A DNA stretch of 64,000 nt, from contig MU006095.1 of assembly GCA_010093705.1 (NCBI GenBank), forward strand, positions 1,157,016-1,221,015, given 5' to 3'. The first letter of the stretch is position 1; every line of letters begins with the position of its first letter. Both the position numbers and the translations under genes were made by a program. The notes under the pieces were generated by a model. That model saw only the letters and a program-made list of their open reading frames with translations. It was not told the origin of the DNA and searched no databases. The stretch comes from Patellaria atrata CBS 101060. Taxonomy: Eukaryota. Below are positions 1 to 13,059 of the stretch, in pieces.

Positions 1-659
1 TAGGAGGAGTAGAAGCATAAGGGTAAAAGGGAAATTTAGAGGAAAGGGGAAAGGGGGGAAGGGGGAGGAGTAGACAGTAGCCATATCGAAGGGAGGTCAG
101 AGATGGATAGGACGGTATAGACGGTATAGGGACCGGAGGGTATTTCGAAGACTCTGGATTAGTATCAAGGCTCAGTCAGTCACTCATCACATCTCAAACC
201 ACACACGGGGAAGGAGATGATATCCAGTAACCGTCCTATAAGGTCTGGTTCTACACGCAAACTAGCCAAATCACCAATTCAGTTCTCGTTCCAATCGTGT
301 ACAAAGGGAGAGAGGGGGGGGGGTAATCACTGGGGTGCACGTTCATATGATGCATGGAGGCAGGCAAGGGCAGGAAAAGCGGAACGGAGAATGGAACTAA
401 GGTGTAACAGATCAAATGAATGATCCATCACTCCATCTCCGAACACACCTGATTTGAGGTCTCAGCGAGAAGCCGAGACTTCCAAAAAGTTAGATTTACC
501 GTCGTCTCAAGGACGGGGTAGATAACCTCCTACCGTGGAGCGTACCCCTATTCATATGATAAAAACCGTAAAAGACGCCGTGGGTTATGCAACCAATTCC
601 ACCCAAATTAACACCCCCGCGAAAGATAATGAAAGTAGAATGAATCCGAGATAACATCC

Positions 660-3600
660 TCAGAGCTTCCCGTAATGAAGCAACACGACCATTATGACAA
701 TGATTGCGACCAGAAGCACGCAGAACACCGAACCGACGTAAAGTGCGGCCCTCTTTTGCTGATGTCCAACGTGTCTCACATCTCCATTGGTAATGGAGGC
801 CATCACCCAATCTCCGGCTCCAGCATAGAGACCGATCAAGAAGGGTGGGAAGAGGCAACAGGCTGCAAAGAGGATCCAACTCCACTTCCTCTTCTGGGTG
901 CCGATATGAACGTTACTCTCCGTAATGATGGAGCTCGACCGACGTTTGTTATGACCTAGAGTCGGGAGACTCATGCGAACCGGCCTAGTTCCTACAGTTG
1001 GGAAGGGAAAGCTGCCTGAAAGAGGGGTGCGAGTGTCTGTGGACTCGATAAGATCGCAGGGCACAAGGTGCGACAGACGAGTATTGTTGGTTTGACCCGT
1101 ATCGTTGGTATTCGCCGACCTGAGACTGTATGTCGGCGTGCCGAAACGTCCATCAGGAGTTTGTATCGGGCGGAGATTGAGCGGTTTGAGCTCTTTCTGG
1201 TGGAAAACAGAAGCGCGACGTTGAGAGCGGGTTCGTTGCGCGTTTCGAGTCGCGGAGAGAAGTTGCTCCTGCTTGCGGCGGGCTGATTGTGCTTTCTCTA
1301 TGTTTAGGGACGATTTAGAACCAGTAGGGGGAAGCTTCGGTTGGTGCTTGGGAGATGCATCGGACTGGGCCAGTGGCGAGCTCTTGAACGGCTTGCTGCT
1401 AGAAAGGAAGAGAGAAAAGGATTTGGAGCGCGGTGTCCCTGGTGTGCTGCTGAAATCAGCGATACTACTGCCCGTTTCGCGCATGTTGGTGCCATTTGGA
1501 GTACCTGTAACATTTCCTTTTGGGCCAAGAACCGTATACTTCGCGAAAGATTCTTCGCAATTTTCCGGAAGTGGACTTGAAGAGCCTGATGGATCCTTTG
1601 CTAAGGAGTTCATGAGATGCTCATACGAACTCGCCTGTGCTCTAGGATCCCGAGTCTGTTTGCGGGCTGCTCGATGCCTTTCTTCACGCACAACTTCAAC
1701 GTCAAGATCACGCTCCATTTGACGCTCCTCGTCTAGCTCCGCATAATAAATATTATCGCTTGGACCTGAATTCAGCAGTTCCTGTTCCACCTTTGACGTT
1801 ATTTTTGAACGTTCGATACTGCTAAGACGCATAACGGCGCGTTCATGATCCGACAATCCATCAGGACTACGCGTTCGTTGCTCTTCATTGACGAAATCTG
1901 CTAGGTCGTTATATAGACCATGCTCTGCAACTAGAAATGCCCTCTCGCTCGGATCAGAGGTGAGAGTTAAGGCCGGAGGGGAGGATTTGAATGGATGGAC
2001 GTGGTCTGCCGATAGAGGGGTAGGTTGAGATTGAGATGGGCGACGAGCACCAGAAGGAGTTGTCCTCAGTGGAGTCAATACATTCCGAACAGGGAATCCT
2101 ATACCATTTTGGAAGTTGTATGCGGGACCAGGAACTGGTGGGATTCGATAATCACTGAGATCTGGAAGACTAGGTAGACTCTCCGACGTTGTAACGTTTG
2201 CAATACTGTCGTCCATGCTAGGACGAGAGACGGAGGGTCCACTTTGCTCACCAATAGTCTCCCACTCTTGCTCATCGAATTCATCGGGCATATCGGCATA
2301 AGAATCTTGTGTTTCAGAAGAATGACGCTCTTTACCATCGGAGAGGTGTGAATGGCGCCTTTCCCGATTGATGAAGAGGGCTCCAGGACCAGGAGACCGT
2401 TTTCTCCAGATCTCCGGAATTTGATCTAGATCATTGGATTCTTCTATTTCCTGTGCGGTCGCTTTGGACTTTGATTCTTGTCTGAGCTTCATATTCGCCG
2501 CATGTTCACTTGGTGAACTCGCCCTAGAAGACGAGTCGAGGAAATCATGAGTGTTTGTTCGAGGGGCGAGACGAAAATTTTGTCGTTCAACTTCACCGGC
2601 ATCGTTGATCCTATTTTGCTCTGGAGACGCAAAGATGTTCCTACTACTTCTCTTCTCTTCTCTGAATCGATTCAGGTCGTCAATAAATGCTTGCTGATAG
2701 CGTGAGACTGGCTCATTCGGATTTCCTGATCTAACCGCCGGTGGTCGAGAGTATAATCGGCTTCCAGAAGGAGATCGATAGCCAGCCTGTCCTTGGAAAT
2801 CATTTGGAAGCGCTATGGCTGATCCCCTCGCAGAATTCATTGACTCGACTCTAGATGTGTTATCTTTATCGAGTCGTAAAAGATCACGCGTGTCTCCATA
2901 AGACGAGCCGTAAGTAAGTGCGGTCGACTCATCAGGTACATGGCGAGCAAACGCCGGGTGGGGACCACCTAGATTTTCGAGAGAGACCCCAAATGCAAGT
3001 AGCTGCGACGATGCCACTGATCTACGAGTTCCCGCAGGCGAGAATATCTCACTATCGGGAGAGTTATGTGCATGTAAAGTGGTCTGGCTGGGATGCTGTT
3101 GAAGCCCGAAATCGAATTTGCTATAACCTGATGTCGATGGTAATTGAGTTGTTCTCTCAGTCGTGCTGGTTTCCGCTTCCTTTGTCAGGTCGAATAGATC
3201 CGGGTCCGTGTTTCCCTCACCCTGGTATCGATCAATGATGCTGTCCAGGGTGTTATCTTTCGTGTTACTAGGTAGACTGGGTACACGTGGGGGTTGAAAG
3301 CGTGAGAGCTCTTTCTGTATCCGATCACGCGAAGCTCTGTGGGTGTGCGTGCTTGTGGTGTCATCCTCAGCAAAGGGAAAGGGATATGAGCTCATTACTT
3401 CACTGGAGTAGTCCGTTTCTCCGACCTTGACCCCGAAAGGAACACTTCGGCGTTTGGAATTGTAGATACTTGTAGGGTATATTGAAGCTGAGTCAAAATC
3501 CCCCCCATGCGAAGAGGAAGGGTAGATCGAATCCGCGTCGTTGTATCTGTGAGGAAGGACGTTTTCAGACATCGACATCATAGGAACGCGAGGAGCGACT

Positions 3601-4988
3601 TCCGGGTTAAATTCTGGCATTGGAATAACCGGAGCTGAACTGGGCACTTGTCCTAATGGCCAATCTTGATAATCAGATGTCCTTCGTGCGGGTAATGGTA
3701 GAAGCTCATTCCCGGCTTCACCGTTTTCATCATGATTCTCATTCGTGTTCTTCTTCCGAGAGAAGATCTTGGAAACTTTTTGAGTGAAAGTTGCAGGCAA
3801 TGTGGGAGATTTTCTGTCATGAAACAAGGGTTTTGGTCTGATGTCTTCTTCTGTATCCTTGGGGGTTGGAGAAGTTGGATAGAATCGCGCAGTTGGTACA
3901 GGATGCAACGGAAGTTCCGGTGCTAAATTTGAATTGCTACCCGAATGGGGAGGAGTTTGCTTGATATCGCGATAAGCAGACTCAAAGTCCGAAAACTGTT
4001 TCCTTGTAGGTGCCGTTTTCTGGCCGCTCCCACCGTCAGTCGGTAGTAATGACGTCATATCGTCTTGCGTCAGTAATTGCGATGACGATTGTGAATGGAA
4101 ATAGTCTAACAAATCTGCATCGCGATCTGCTGGTGTTTCAATATTCGAAAACAGAAGTGATTGATGAGGGTTCACAACGTCAAAAGATGTACCGCGATAA
4201 TGTAAGATGGTCGGAGTTGCTGGTGGCGTCGCAAGAGATGAGGTTTGTGTAAGCCGTTGCGCTTTATCAGAATTGGTAGGCCACTCGTGTTGAGGTGGTT
4301 GTGGAAAGCGCGAGAGAGAAAAGGTTGAAGTGTCTGTAAACCCACTTGGAGAAAGAGGATTGAAAGTTGACGCTTCAGATCTTAGTGGAGAAGGTTGGGC
4401 AGGTTGTGTGCAGATGTTGTTACCTGGACGCGGTAGCCGTTTGATTGGCTTATGAGCTTTGGCGAATTCACGAAATCGTTTGTCAGAACGATAGAAATTC
4501 TCGGCTTCGTCGGTGGAAGGGTACTCGAACGCGCTGACGACCGATTCACGCGAAACGTTGGACTTGTACGAAGGATGTTGTTGAGAAAAGGCGGGAATAT
4601 TTGGTGATGATTGCGCGTAATGGTTGTTTCTGTATCCAAACTTGTCGACTGGTGGATTGTTCTCTTTGCCGTTCCAGGCGCGTGACGAAGGTTGATCGGT
4701 TGCAAATGAGGGTGGTGGATGAGGGTGTTGAAGTCGCGGGGAAGTGACAAAGGGTACTCGCTCAATTGAATTAAGACTAGTAGCTGCAGCCTTTCTCTTG
4801 ACCCTCTTCAAGCCCTTGACGCTGATGGCCGGTGGACTTGGAGTTGCCTGTTGTTTGCGATATTCGTGGAGAGTCAAGTTGTGGATAGGCGTCCGCGTTC
4901 TTGAAGCCGTCGAGCTAAGCGAGGCGTGAGGTGAATGCACTGGGGTAATCGGCTGCGCGACGCGTTGATACGGGTATTCGTAAGTCAT
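660..4988 (-). CDS. Large low-complexity hypothetical protein (1442 aa) with two C-terminal transmembrane segments
   Basis: Uninterrupted 4.3-kb ORF, S/P-rich, with a hydrophobic C-terminus (WSWILFAACCLFPPFLIGLY...VFCVLLVAIIVIMVVLL). Confidence 0.85.
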   Translation of the reverse strand: MTYEYPYQRVAQPITPVHSPHASLSSTASRTRTPIHNLTLHEYRKQQATPSPPAISVKGLKRVKRKAAATSLNSIERVPFVTSPRLQHPHPPPSFATDQPSSRAWNGKENNPPVDKFGYRNNHYAQSSPNIPAFSQQHPSYKSNVSRESVVSAFEYPSTDEAENFYRSDKRFREFAKAHKPIKRLPRPGNNICTQPAQPSPLRSEASTFNPLSPSGFTDTSTFSLSRFPQPPQHEWPTNSDKAQRLTQTSSLATPPATPTILHYRGTSFDVVNPHQSLLFSNIETPADRDADLLDYFHSQSSSQLLTQDDMTSLLPTDGGSGQKTAPTRKQFSDFESAYRDIKQTPPHSGSNSNLAPELPLHPVPTARFYPTSPTPKDTEEDIRPKPLFHDRKSPTLPATFTQKVSKIFSRKKNTNENHDENGEAGNELLPLPARRTSDYQDWPLGQVPSSAPVIPMPEFNPEVAPRVPMMSMSENVLPHRYNDADSIYPSSSHGGDFDSASIYPTSIYNSKRRSVPFGVKVGETDYSSEVMSSYPFPFAEDDTTSTHTHRASRDRIQKELSRFQPPRVPSLPSNTKDNTLDSIIDRYQGEGNTDPDLFDLTKEAETSTTERTTQLPSTSGYSKFDFGLQQHPSQTTLHAHNSPDSEIFSPAGTRRSVASSQLLAFGVSLENLGGPHPAFARHVPDESTALTYGSSYGDTRDLLRLDKDNTSRVESMNSARGSAIALPNDFQGQAGYRSPSGSRLYSRPPAVRSGNPNEPVSRYQQAFIDDLNRFREEKRSSRNIFASPEQNRINDAGEVERQNFRLAPRTNTHDFLDSSSRASSPSEHAANMKLRQESKSKATAQEIEESNDLDQIPEIWRKRSPGPGALFINRERRHSHLSDGKERHSSETQDSYADMPDEFDEQEWETIGEQSGPSVSRPSMDDSIANVTTSESLPSLPDLSDYRIPPVPGPAYNFQNGIGFPVRNVLTPLRTTPSGARRPSQSQPTPLSADHVHPFKSSPPALTLTSDPSERAFLVAEHGLYNDLADFVNEEQRTRSPDGLSDHERAVMRLSSIERSKITSKVEQELLNSGPSDNIYYAELDEERQMERDLDVEVVREERHRAARKQTRDPRAQASSYEHLMNSLAKDPSGSSSPLPENCEESFAKYTVLGPKGNVTGTPNGTNMRETGSSIADFSSTPGTPRSKSFSLFLSSSKPFKSSPLAQSDASPKHQPKLPPTGSKSSLNIEKAQSARRKQEQLLSATRNAQRTRSQRRASVFHQKELKPLNLRPIQTPDGRFGTPTYSLRSANTNDTGQTNNTRLSHLVPCDLIESTDTRTPLSGSFPFPTVGTRPVRMSLPTLGHNKRRSSSIITESNVHIGTQKRKWSWILFAACCLFPPFLIGLYAGAGDWVMASITNGDVRHVGHQQKRAALYVGSVFCVLLVAIIVIMVVLLHYGKL

Positions 4989-6908
4989 TGTAACTTCCTG
5001 TCCTGGCTATCCGGCTCTTATGTGAAAACAATGGACAATCCTCACGCTGTCCCGGCAACCATAGACAACTTATCCTCAACCGACACCTTTAGATCTGAAC
5101 TTTGCAGGCCAATATATCTCCTTTCTCTTCATGAACTTTTGTTTACCAATACCGTTGGTGGCCCCTCGTAGCATCCATCTTAGGTTCCCTTACGGTTCAT
5201 CCGAAGAACTTTGCAGCTATACCTCGTATACTTCTCCAGGGCGATCGAGTCAATGGTAACGCGTGCTTATACAGGAGGTCTTCATTCGATGGGTAGTCTC
5301 GTCTTTGAGCTCGCACTGGAGTTTGGGTATCCAGAATGTTTCACGCCAGCTGAAAAAAATCCCGACCTCTTCCCTATGCTTTTCAATATCCCACCTAGGA
5401 CCTTAACAGTATGGATATGAATGACACTGGAGAAACACTTCTATCTTTACGTAAAAGGAATCCTAGGAGAGCTCTCAAGTTGGTCAAAACGAAAGGGTAT
5501 GACAATTGATATGGGGTTTTGGGTCAGTTCTCGGACGACTCGACCAGCATACAGGGAACAAAGTGAGAAGTATTATCAAGAACCGAAATTACGATTAAAA
5601 GAAGAACGGAGATACATCCAGCTGTCCACAGGATGGGAAAGAGAAAAGAACAGAAAGGGTAATCACTCTTGCCGGTTTGCTGAAAGGGAAGCAGCAACAG
5701 TGTGCTATGCTCCTGCCCTGGAACTACCAGCGGGGGATAGCAAAATAAAGTATCAAGGCCTCTTCCAAGCTTCTCACCAATCCCTCCTCCATCAGCACGA
5801 ACCTGGCCTACCAGTCTACACCATCTCCACCGCTCAAGTACCATCTCCCCATCTATTCTCCCTGATTTCTCAATGTGTGGACGACGAGGTGTCGTCGGCA
5901 ACGACCCCTAGCAGATCGCCACCCTTGCCTTGGTCCCGCACGCACCAATCACAACTCCAAAGCGCACAATAGCCACCCTCGCACCCACCAATGGCGACCC
6001 TTCAGCCGCGAAACCTCGAAAGCAGACCGGAAGAGAGCAGCGAAGAACTCACCCAGTCGCTGTCCTGCAACGTGCTCCTGGAGGCTAATGCGTATCATCG
6101 AAGCTCACACATGCTCCCACCCTATCGTAATCGATAATGTCGCGCCAACCAATGGGATCTACTCGCAAGGACCTTACGATAGGGATACGAGATGACGCCG
6201 GATATGAAGGTCTGAAAAATGACCTTCTTGGGCCCGTTTCCGCGGTCTAATCCATATTTTGCCTCGCACACCAGAGATTTCAGAAAACAAACATTTTCTC
6301 GTGGCTTGGGATTACGCAGGCGCACTGAGGAGAGCTAAGGTACGGTACCTTAGAATGGGAGCTGGAAGGGAGAGAGCTATTCGTCGTGGCTCCGTAGCAG
6401 AGCAGACGGGATCCACACCTGCGTCTCCCACTCTGCCCCTCCTCGGTTGGCGCGTTCACCTCAAGCAGTAACAAACATCAACACCCGCGACCTCTCCACG
6501 CTTCTTTGACATCAACGAGCATCGCGGGCGTCTCGCCTTATGGATCAAACATATTCCCATCTGCAAGAAGACGTCAACATGCAAGATATCACCTCAGTCA
6601 CTTTCTTCAAGCACAACGTTTCTACATTATCTGCAAGACCCGTTCAGAGACCGCGCGCTTAGGATAACGGTCCAGAAAACTGCTTGTACGCCATGTAGAG
6701 TGACGACATCTGCTGAGATTCTAAGCGCGTCGATATCAGAAATTAGTTCTGCGTATCACCAGATACGGGATCTTTTCTAGAGTTGAGATTTGGCCTCGAG
6801 CGGACTATCACGTTTATCATTGCTCTCTATACCGAATAACCGCTGGAAGACGAATAATTGCCCACTATCAACTCCCTGCCTTACGTGTGTCATTTGTACA
6901 TTATGAGC

Positions 6909-6991
6909 CTTTCGTATATTTCGAGTCCTTCGTACATTTCGAGTTTTTCATACATTTCGAGTCTTCGTACATTTTTGAATTTTTCATACAT
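6909..6991. repeat. Degenerate ~18-bp tandem repeat, about 4-5 copies (TTCGTACATTTCGAGTYY)
   Basis: Directly visible head-to-tail copies with no spacers, downstream of the urease gene. Confidence 0.8.
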
Positions 6992-7172
6992 AAAAGAGTC
7001 ATAACCCGAAGGAAGAACATCCGGTAGACGTCAATTGGTACGACAACGAATGGATACAGTGATTTTCCAAATTGAAAATTTGTACCGTTTCAACAACCTG
7101 GATAAGATATAATTCGTGTTTTACCATATGAATAATTTCCTCCATCCTCCCTTTCAACTTCAATTCAAGTCA

Positions 7173-10100
7173 TCAATAAACAAAGTAAGTCTGTGTGAGT
7201 GGCAGCGTCTCTGATGGTTCTGCTTCGCACTTCATTCCGTCCGCTTCAACATACTATACAACATTATCAGCGCCTAATTTCACGAGTTTGAGGTTTGGTC
7301 ACTACTCACGTATGTCTCCGGATCGATCTTCATCTTTGGCATCGTGTCGTTATACTTCATATCCTTCTTTCCAATCTTCCTACAATTCTTGACTGCCTCG
7401 ATCCGTTTGCGCAACCCGTATTTCTTAACTGCCCCGTTATCGAGCGATGCCTGACTCACCCAGGTGATGCTTGTTGCTGGAACCAAGGGCTTGTTTCCTT
7501 GTTAGTCAAGTTCCTCTCGCTGGATGGAGAGATGGATGGCTTACTGCAAACATTGGACGCATTATCACAGGTTCGACTGTCGGGATACTACGTTTCATTA
7601 GTTTCCCACCCCTTATTAGTCTTGTCTCCTCACTTACGAAGCATTCGGATCACCCTATTCCACTGTTAGTTTTCATACACCCAATTCACACACTTAGAAC
7701 TCACCATCTGCGCATAAGAAATCATCCCACTTTTAACCACCAAACTCGGTTTTGTCCCAAAATTACTCGGCGTCCAGAGTACCAAATCCGCCACCTTCCC
7801 GATCTCCACGCTCCCAATGAGATGCCCCATCCCCTGCGCCACCGCCGGGTTAATCGTATACTTACTCACATACCTCTTGACTCTAAAATTATCCGCGTTG
7901 GATCCCTCATCCTCGCTCAAACGCCCCCTCTGCACCTTATTCTTGTGCGCCGTATTCCACGTCCTCAGTATGACCTCTCCGCACCGTCCCATCGCCTGAC
8001 TATCGCTGCTCATCATGCTGATGGCACCTAAGTCATGTAACACGTCTTCGGCGGCGATGGTCTCGGCCCTAATCCGCGATTCGGCGAACGCCACGTCCTC
8101 TGGGATCGACCGCGAGAGGTGGTGGCACACCATCAGCATGTCGAGGTGCTCGTCGAGTGTGTTCCGCGTGTACGGCCGCGTCGGGTTGGTGCTGGACGGC
8201 AGCACATTAGCGTGCTCGACCACGGTCATGATGTCCGGTGCGTGGCCGCCGCCAGCGCCTTCGGAGTGGTACGTGTGGATTGCGCGGCCCTTGAAAGCGG
8301 CGATGGTGCGTTCAACAAAGCCGGATTCGTTCAGCGTGTCGGTATGGATGAGGCACTGGACGTCCATATCGTCGCAGACGCTGGGGCGAGTTAGACTTTT
8401 CGCGTTATGGGGATGAGAAGGGAGTGGATGGTACTGTACCTTAGACATGCGTCTATAGCCGCGGGAGTGGTGCCCCAGTCTTCGTGCAGCTTAAGACCTA
8501 CCGCTCCGGCTTCTATTTGTTCTTCTAGCGGCCTCTTCTCATTGTCATTGCCTTTGCCGGTTATGCCGAAGTTCAGGGGGAGGTTGTCGAGCGCTTGGAG
8601 CATTTGACGTATGTGGTTTGTCCCCGGTGTGCACGTCGTTGCGTTTGTTCCCGTACTATATGATCGGTAAGTTACCTCTTGTCTTCTATTGTCTGGAGAG
8701 GGCTTACCTGGGCCCTGTCCCGCCTCCAAGCATGGTAGTCACTCCGCTCGAAATTGCCTCGTAAGCCTGCTGTGGACAGATAAAATGGATATGCGAATCG
8801 AAGCCTCCCGCCGTGATGATCTTCCCCTCGCCCGCGATCACATCCGTACAACTTCCTACCACCAACTTCGGGTCAACGCCATTCATCACGTCCGGATTTC
8901 CTGCTTTGCCGATTCCGACGATGATGCTGTCCTTGATGCCGATGTCGGCTTTGTAAATACCGGTGTAGTCGACGACGAGTGCGTTGGTGATGACAGTGTC
9001 GAGGGTTTCGGAGTCAGGTCGACCACCCGCTTGTCCCATGCCTTCCCGCAGCGTTTTGCCACCGCCGAAGGAGCATTCGTCGCCGTAGGAGGTGTAGTCT
9101 TTCTCGACTTTGATCCAGAGGTCTGTGGCGCCTAGACGGATCAGGTCACCGGTGGTCGGGCCGAACATAGTACAGTAAGCTTCCCTGTCCATGGTTGCGA
9201 AGTCGATGTGCGCGGAGTCGGCATGGGGTTCTGGCACGTGCAGGAATCCTCCCTCTTGGAGTCTATCGATGATGTTTGCGGCGATCGAGACATCGTGGAT
9301 AGATCCGGTCGCTAGGCCGTTGCCTCCCTTGATGACCTGATTTCCGGCGATCTGAACGAGCGTTACGGTCTTCGCGTCGCCTGGTTCAAAGCGAACAGAT
9401 GTACCTGCAGGGATGTCTAGACGGAAGCCATGCGCGCGTACGCGGTCGAATTCGAGCTGTGGGTTCGTCTCGGTGAAGTGGTAGTGCGAACCAACCTGTA
9501 TAGGGCGATCCCCTTTACTAACGACCCTCAAGCAGATGCGCTTCCGTCCTTCGTTCAGCTGGATCCTACCCTCTTTCACCGCCACGACTATCGCGCCCGG
9601 CTGCTTCTCTGCTTCGTACATCGACGCGTCCGGCAACGGGAACTTGTCTTGCGAGGGGACCGGGAGGAAGGAGCCGTAAAGTGCTTTTTCGAGATCGCCG
9701 TCGTCGGACGCGATCGGGTGGTGCACGGTTACGAGATAGGTGCCGCTGGGGAAGGTCCCTTCGATCATGAGTTCGGAGAGCGTGGTCGGCACGGAGGGGA
9801 GGACGTGCCGTCGGCCGAGCATTTCCGTCCCGATTACCATGAGGTCGGCCACCGTGTGGTTGCCGTCGCGGACGAGCTATAGGGGTGAGTAAGATGGATA
9901 TGTATCTACTGCGTTGGGGCTCTAGGGGCGCGGGGAGCGGTAAGCAGAAGAAGTACCTCTTGTAGGTTATTCGCGATCAATGCCTGGATATCTGTATCAG
10001 TATGAAGGTATCAAGAGAGGGGGAGGGATAAGGGAAAGGGGGGAATACTGTAGCTTCCGCATGGTTCAACTTCACGCCCCGAGCCAGCCTCCGCTGGGCC

Positions 10101-10253
10101 AGGAGCCCGAGCTGGGAGATTACGAGCTTGTCGAGCTAGAATGTAGGTCGTTAGCGGATGAGAGCATATATGTGGATACAATTGTAGTTATTAGAAAGGA
10201 ATGGAATGGAGGAGATGGATCAAGCGTATTACCTCTTTAGGCTCGAGTTGCAT
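7173..10253 (-). CDS. ure1: Urease (single-chain eukaryotic type), multi-exon
   Basis: Spliced start [27 protein letters not shown]; motifs [54 protein letters not shown]; ends [10 protein letters not shown] at 7173. Confidence 0.97.
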
Positions 10254-11020
10254 CGTCGCAAGTGTGTGTCCACGCCGTTGAACAATGGATCATGAAAGGG
10301 AGATTGGAGGGAGGTATGGTAGAAGGTTTGAGGGTGGAGTAAAGGAAGTGTATGGATACCATTTTGGCGTTGGCACCGTTGAGATGGGAATGCTGTTTTG
10401 GTTCTGGTGAGCTGATATGACTGTGGGGTATTGCTGATACGAATGCGATAAGGGCTGCTCGAGGGAAAGGTAGGAGGGGTAAATTGATGAGATGAGATGG
10501 GAATGCGGAAGGATCGGAGGGGTCCGCGGGGGAAGGTAGCAGCTAAGGTGGGAAGGGTATAGTTGGTATGGAAGGGAAGCTTATGACAGACGACAACGAC
10601 TTCATAGTTTGAGAAAAACACCTGAGATAAAGACTGCGCCAGCGTTATTTGCAAATGTTTTTGTAATGTAATGTACCATAGCCTGTATCTGAACCCGGAC
10701 CTAAGAGGAAAGACGACCCAACAAACACAACACGAGCGTGAAGGAGAAGCGCATGCTGGTGACACTCCTACGCATTATGAAAACCCAAGAAGCACGCAAA
10801 TGTCAGATACAGAAGTAGAGAAAACCTTGCGGGCCCCACTTCGAGGCCGCCAACATGAAGCCCTTACCCTATTCTACCCTATGACCCATAATCGCCAATG
10901 GGACTCACCACCGAACTGATACACATCAAGGCCTCTCAGAAAGACGAACAACTTTTGTTCGATGAGTTACTTCAATAGCATAAGTAAGAAGATACAACAA
11001 GTACCCTACCCCAGGGACAC

Positions 11021-12367
11021 CTAAGCGTCACCTTTGCGCTTCCTCTTCTTCCTCTCGGCAGGCGCAGCGACAGGCTCCGGTTCAAGCTCCGGTTCCTCCT
11101 CGACCTTCTTCCCCTTCTTCGGCTTCGTCTTCTTCGCGACCTCGGGGCTCTTCTCCTTGGTGCTGCTTCCGGGAAGCGGGACCGAGGTGTTGGGCTTGAC
11201 GGCGCTCGGGGGAGCTGGGCTGTCGGATGGGACGACGCCGACGCCGTTCTCCTTCGTCTTGCGGCGCTTGGAACCCTTCTGCGCTTTTGCTGGGGGTGGG
11301 GTGGGCTCCTTAGGAGGGGGTGTGGGTTCCTTTTCGGATTCCTCGGCGTCGGAGGATGAGGCTTCTTCTTCGGCGTCTGAGGGGACCGAGGCGGCGTCGG
11401 GGGCCTCTTCGGTGACTAGTTTCGCCGCGGCTTCGGTGTCGCCTTTGCTCTTTAGGTATTCGGCCATGTCGATTTTCCATTGGGCGTGCGAAGTCTGGTA
11501 GGATTCTTTCCAGGCCTAAGGAATGGGGTTAGTACTTACAGTCCAAGATTGGGGGCCGGGGGGAGGGACTTGGATATGAGGGAAGGACGGTGAGAAGAGA
11601 CTTACAGCTTTTTCAATTTCGGGCATGGCGTTCCATCGTCTGGTGGCCTCTTCGCCGATATCACCAGGCTTGGCGGTAGGTCCCAGGTCACTCTTGATGA
11701 TAGGACGTGCATGCTGGGCATAAAGAAAGTAGGCAGTCAAAGGGCGTGGAGGTGCATTGGGATCCCTCTCTTTCTTCGCCCTCTTGCGTTTAGGTTTGCC
11801 TTCAGCCGTGACGCCGGTAGGGAGTTGCAATCCACCAGTAAGGGCGTTGGAGATATTCAAGGTGTCGAGGGTGGTGAAGGGACCGCCGGCGAGTATTCTT
11901 TGCGAGTGACCGAGGAACGCGGTGAGCAATTGCTCGCAGTTGTTCTTGAGCGCGGTGATCCCGACGACGACCTGCAGTACAAATTGTGTGTTAGGAGGCT
12001 GCTTCGCAAGCGCTAGCAAAATGGAAATTTGAGAGCGGACTTGCTGGAAACGTGAGAGTAGCTCGCTGCAAGACTCGATGAAGGCGCGAGTTTGCGCTGG
12101 CGAAAGCGACATTTGCGCGCTCATTGTTGTTCGTGGAGATATAAACAACGGGCAATCCTAATATCGTGACGCCGATGGTGAACAACAAGCAAGAGGCGAG
12201 GCGCAACGTGCAAACTGGCTCTTTTCGCGCGACTTGGAAAGCGGGACAAAAACATGGCGAGAATTAGGACTTACGGCATCACGGGTGCGAGTGAAATCAT
12301 CAATGGAGATGGAGTCGACCTGCTGGCCTGGCTCTTTGGCTTTCTTATCCTCTTTGGGACGCGTCAT
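11021..12367 (-). CDS. HMG-box chromatin protein (Hmo1-like), multi-exon
   Basis: KKERDPNAPPRPLTAYFLY...WNAM HMG box; acidic/Lys-rich tail; exon 1 MTRPKEDKK...TRTRDA|gtaagt. Confidence 0.9.
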
Positions 12368-13059
12368 GATAGACAGACGCGAATGTTGAGATGGAATCAA
12401 ATCAAAGAGGTTGGTGGTCGTGAAGTTGGGCGTGGGAGGTGCCAAAGGTTTTGGTGTTCTTGGGCGGAGGAGGTGCGACAAGTTCGGGGGTAGAGGCTCT
12501 TATACCATTCCCAGCCCAGCACGCGCTTTCTAGTTGAGTGCCCAGCCTACCTAGACACCACCACCTATTTTTGCACACACACACCCGACGCCTTTTGTTG
12601 GGTCGAAACCCCCCGGGGACCCCCCAGCCCGGCGCTCCCCTTTCAACTTTTCTGTACTTTCGGGCGGTAGAAGTAGGGGTTGTTTGCAAGCCGGTGAAAG
12701 CTCCAGCAAGATCGGCACAGTCGTAACAATATTTGGGCATCCTTAACCCTGAAGCTATGCCTACTTTGAGCCTGTTTATTTGAGCTTGTGGCACCCCTTG
12801 AGATTGTTTTTCCGCTCATTACTTTGGAGCCCTTGGAGGCGCACATTCACTTCACGCTTTCTACAGCAACGCGCGGGTAACGCTAGAAATTCCCTGTTTG
12901 CTTCCGGTGTTGTTGACCGTAAATTTGAAATTTTCCATTTTCAACCGTATCAAAGCATAGTAACCTTGAGTTGTAAGTTTTGAACGCCCACTTTCTCACT
13001 CCTCGGCGCGAAGTAAATCAAGGATCTTAATTGCGCGTAATATTTGCGTAACAAAAATG

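Noticed and set aside
5421..6474. Short overlapping ORFs upstream of the 1442-aa gene
   Set aside because: No recognisable motifs; more likely promoter/UTR sequence
6909..6991. CRISPR-like array
   Set aside because: Simple tandem repeat without unique spacers, in a eukaryote
7471..9882. Long + strand ORFs antisense to urease, and similar shadows over other genes
   Set aside because: Explained by codon bias of the real gene on the opposite strand
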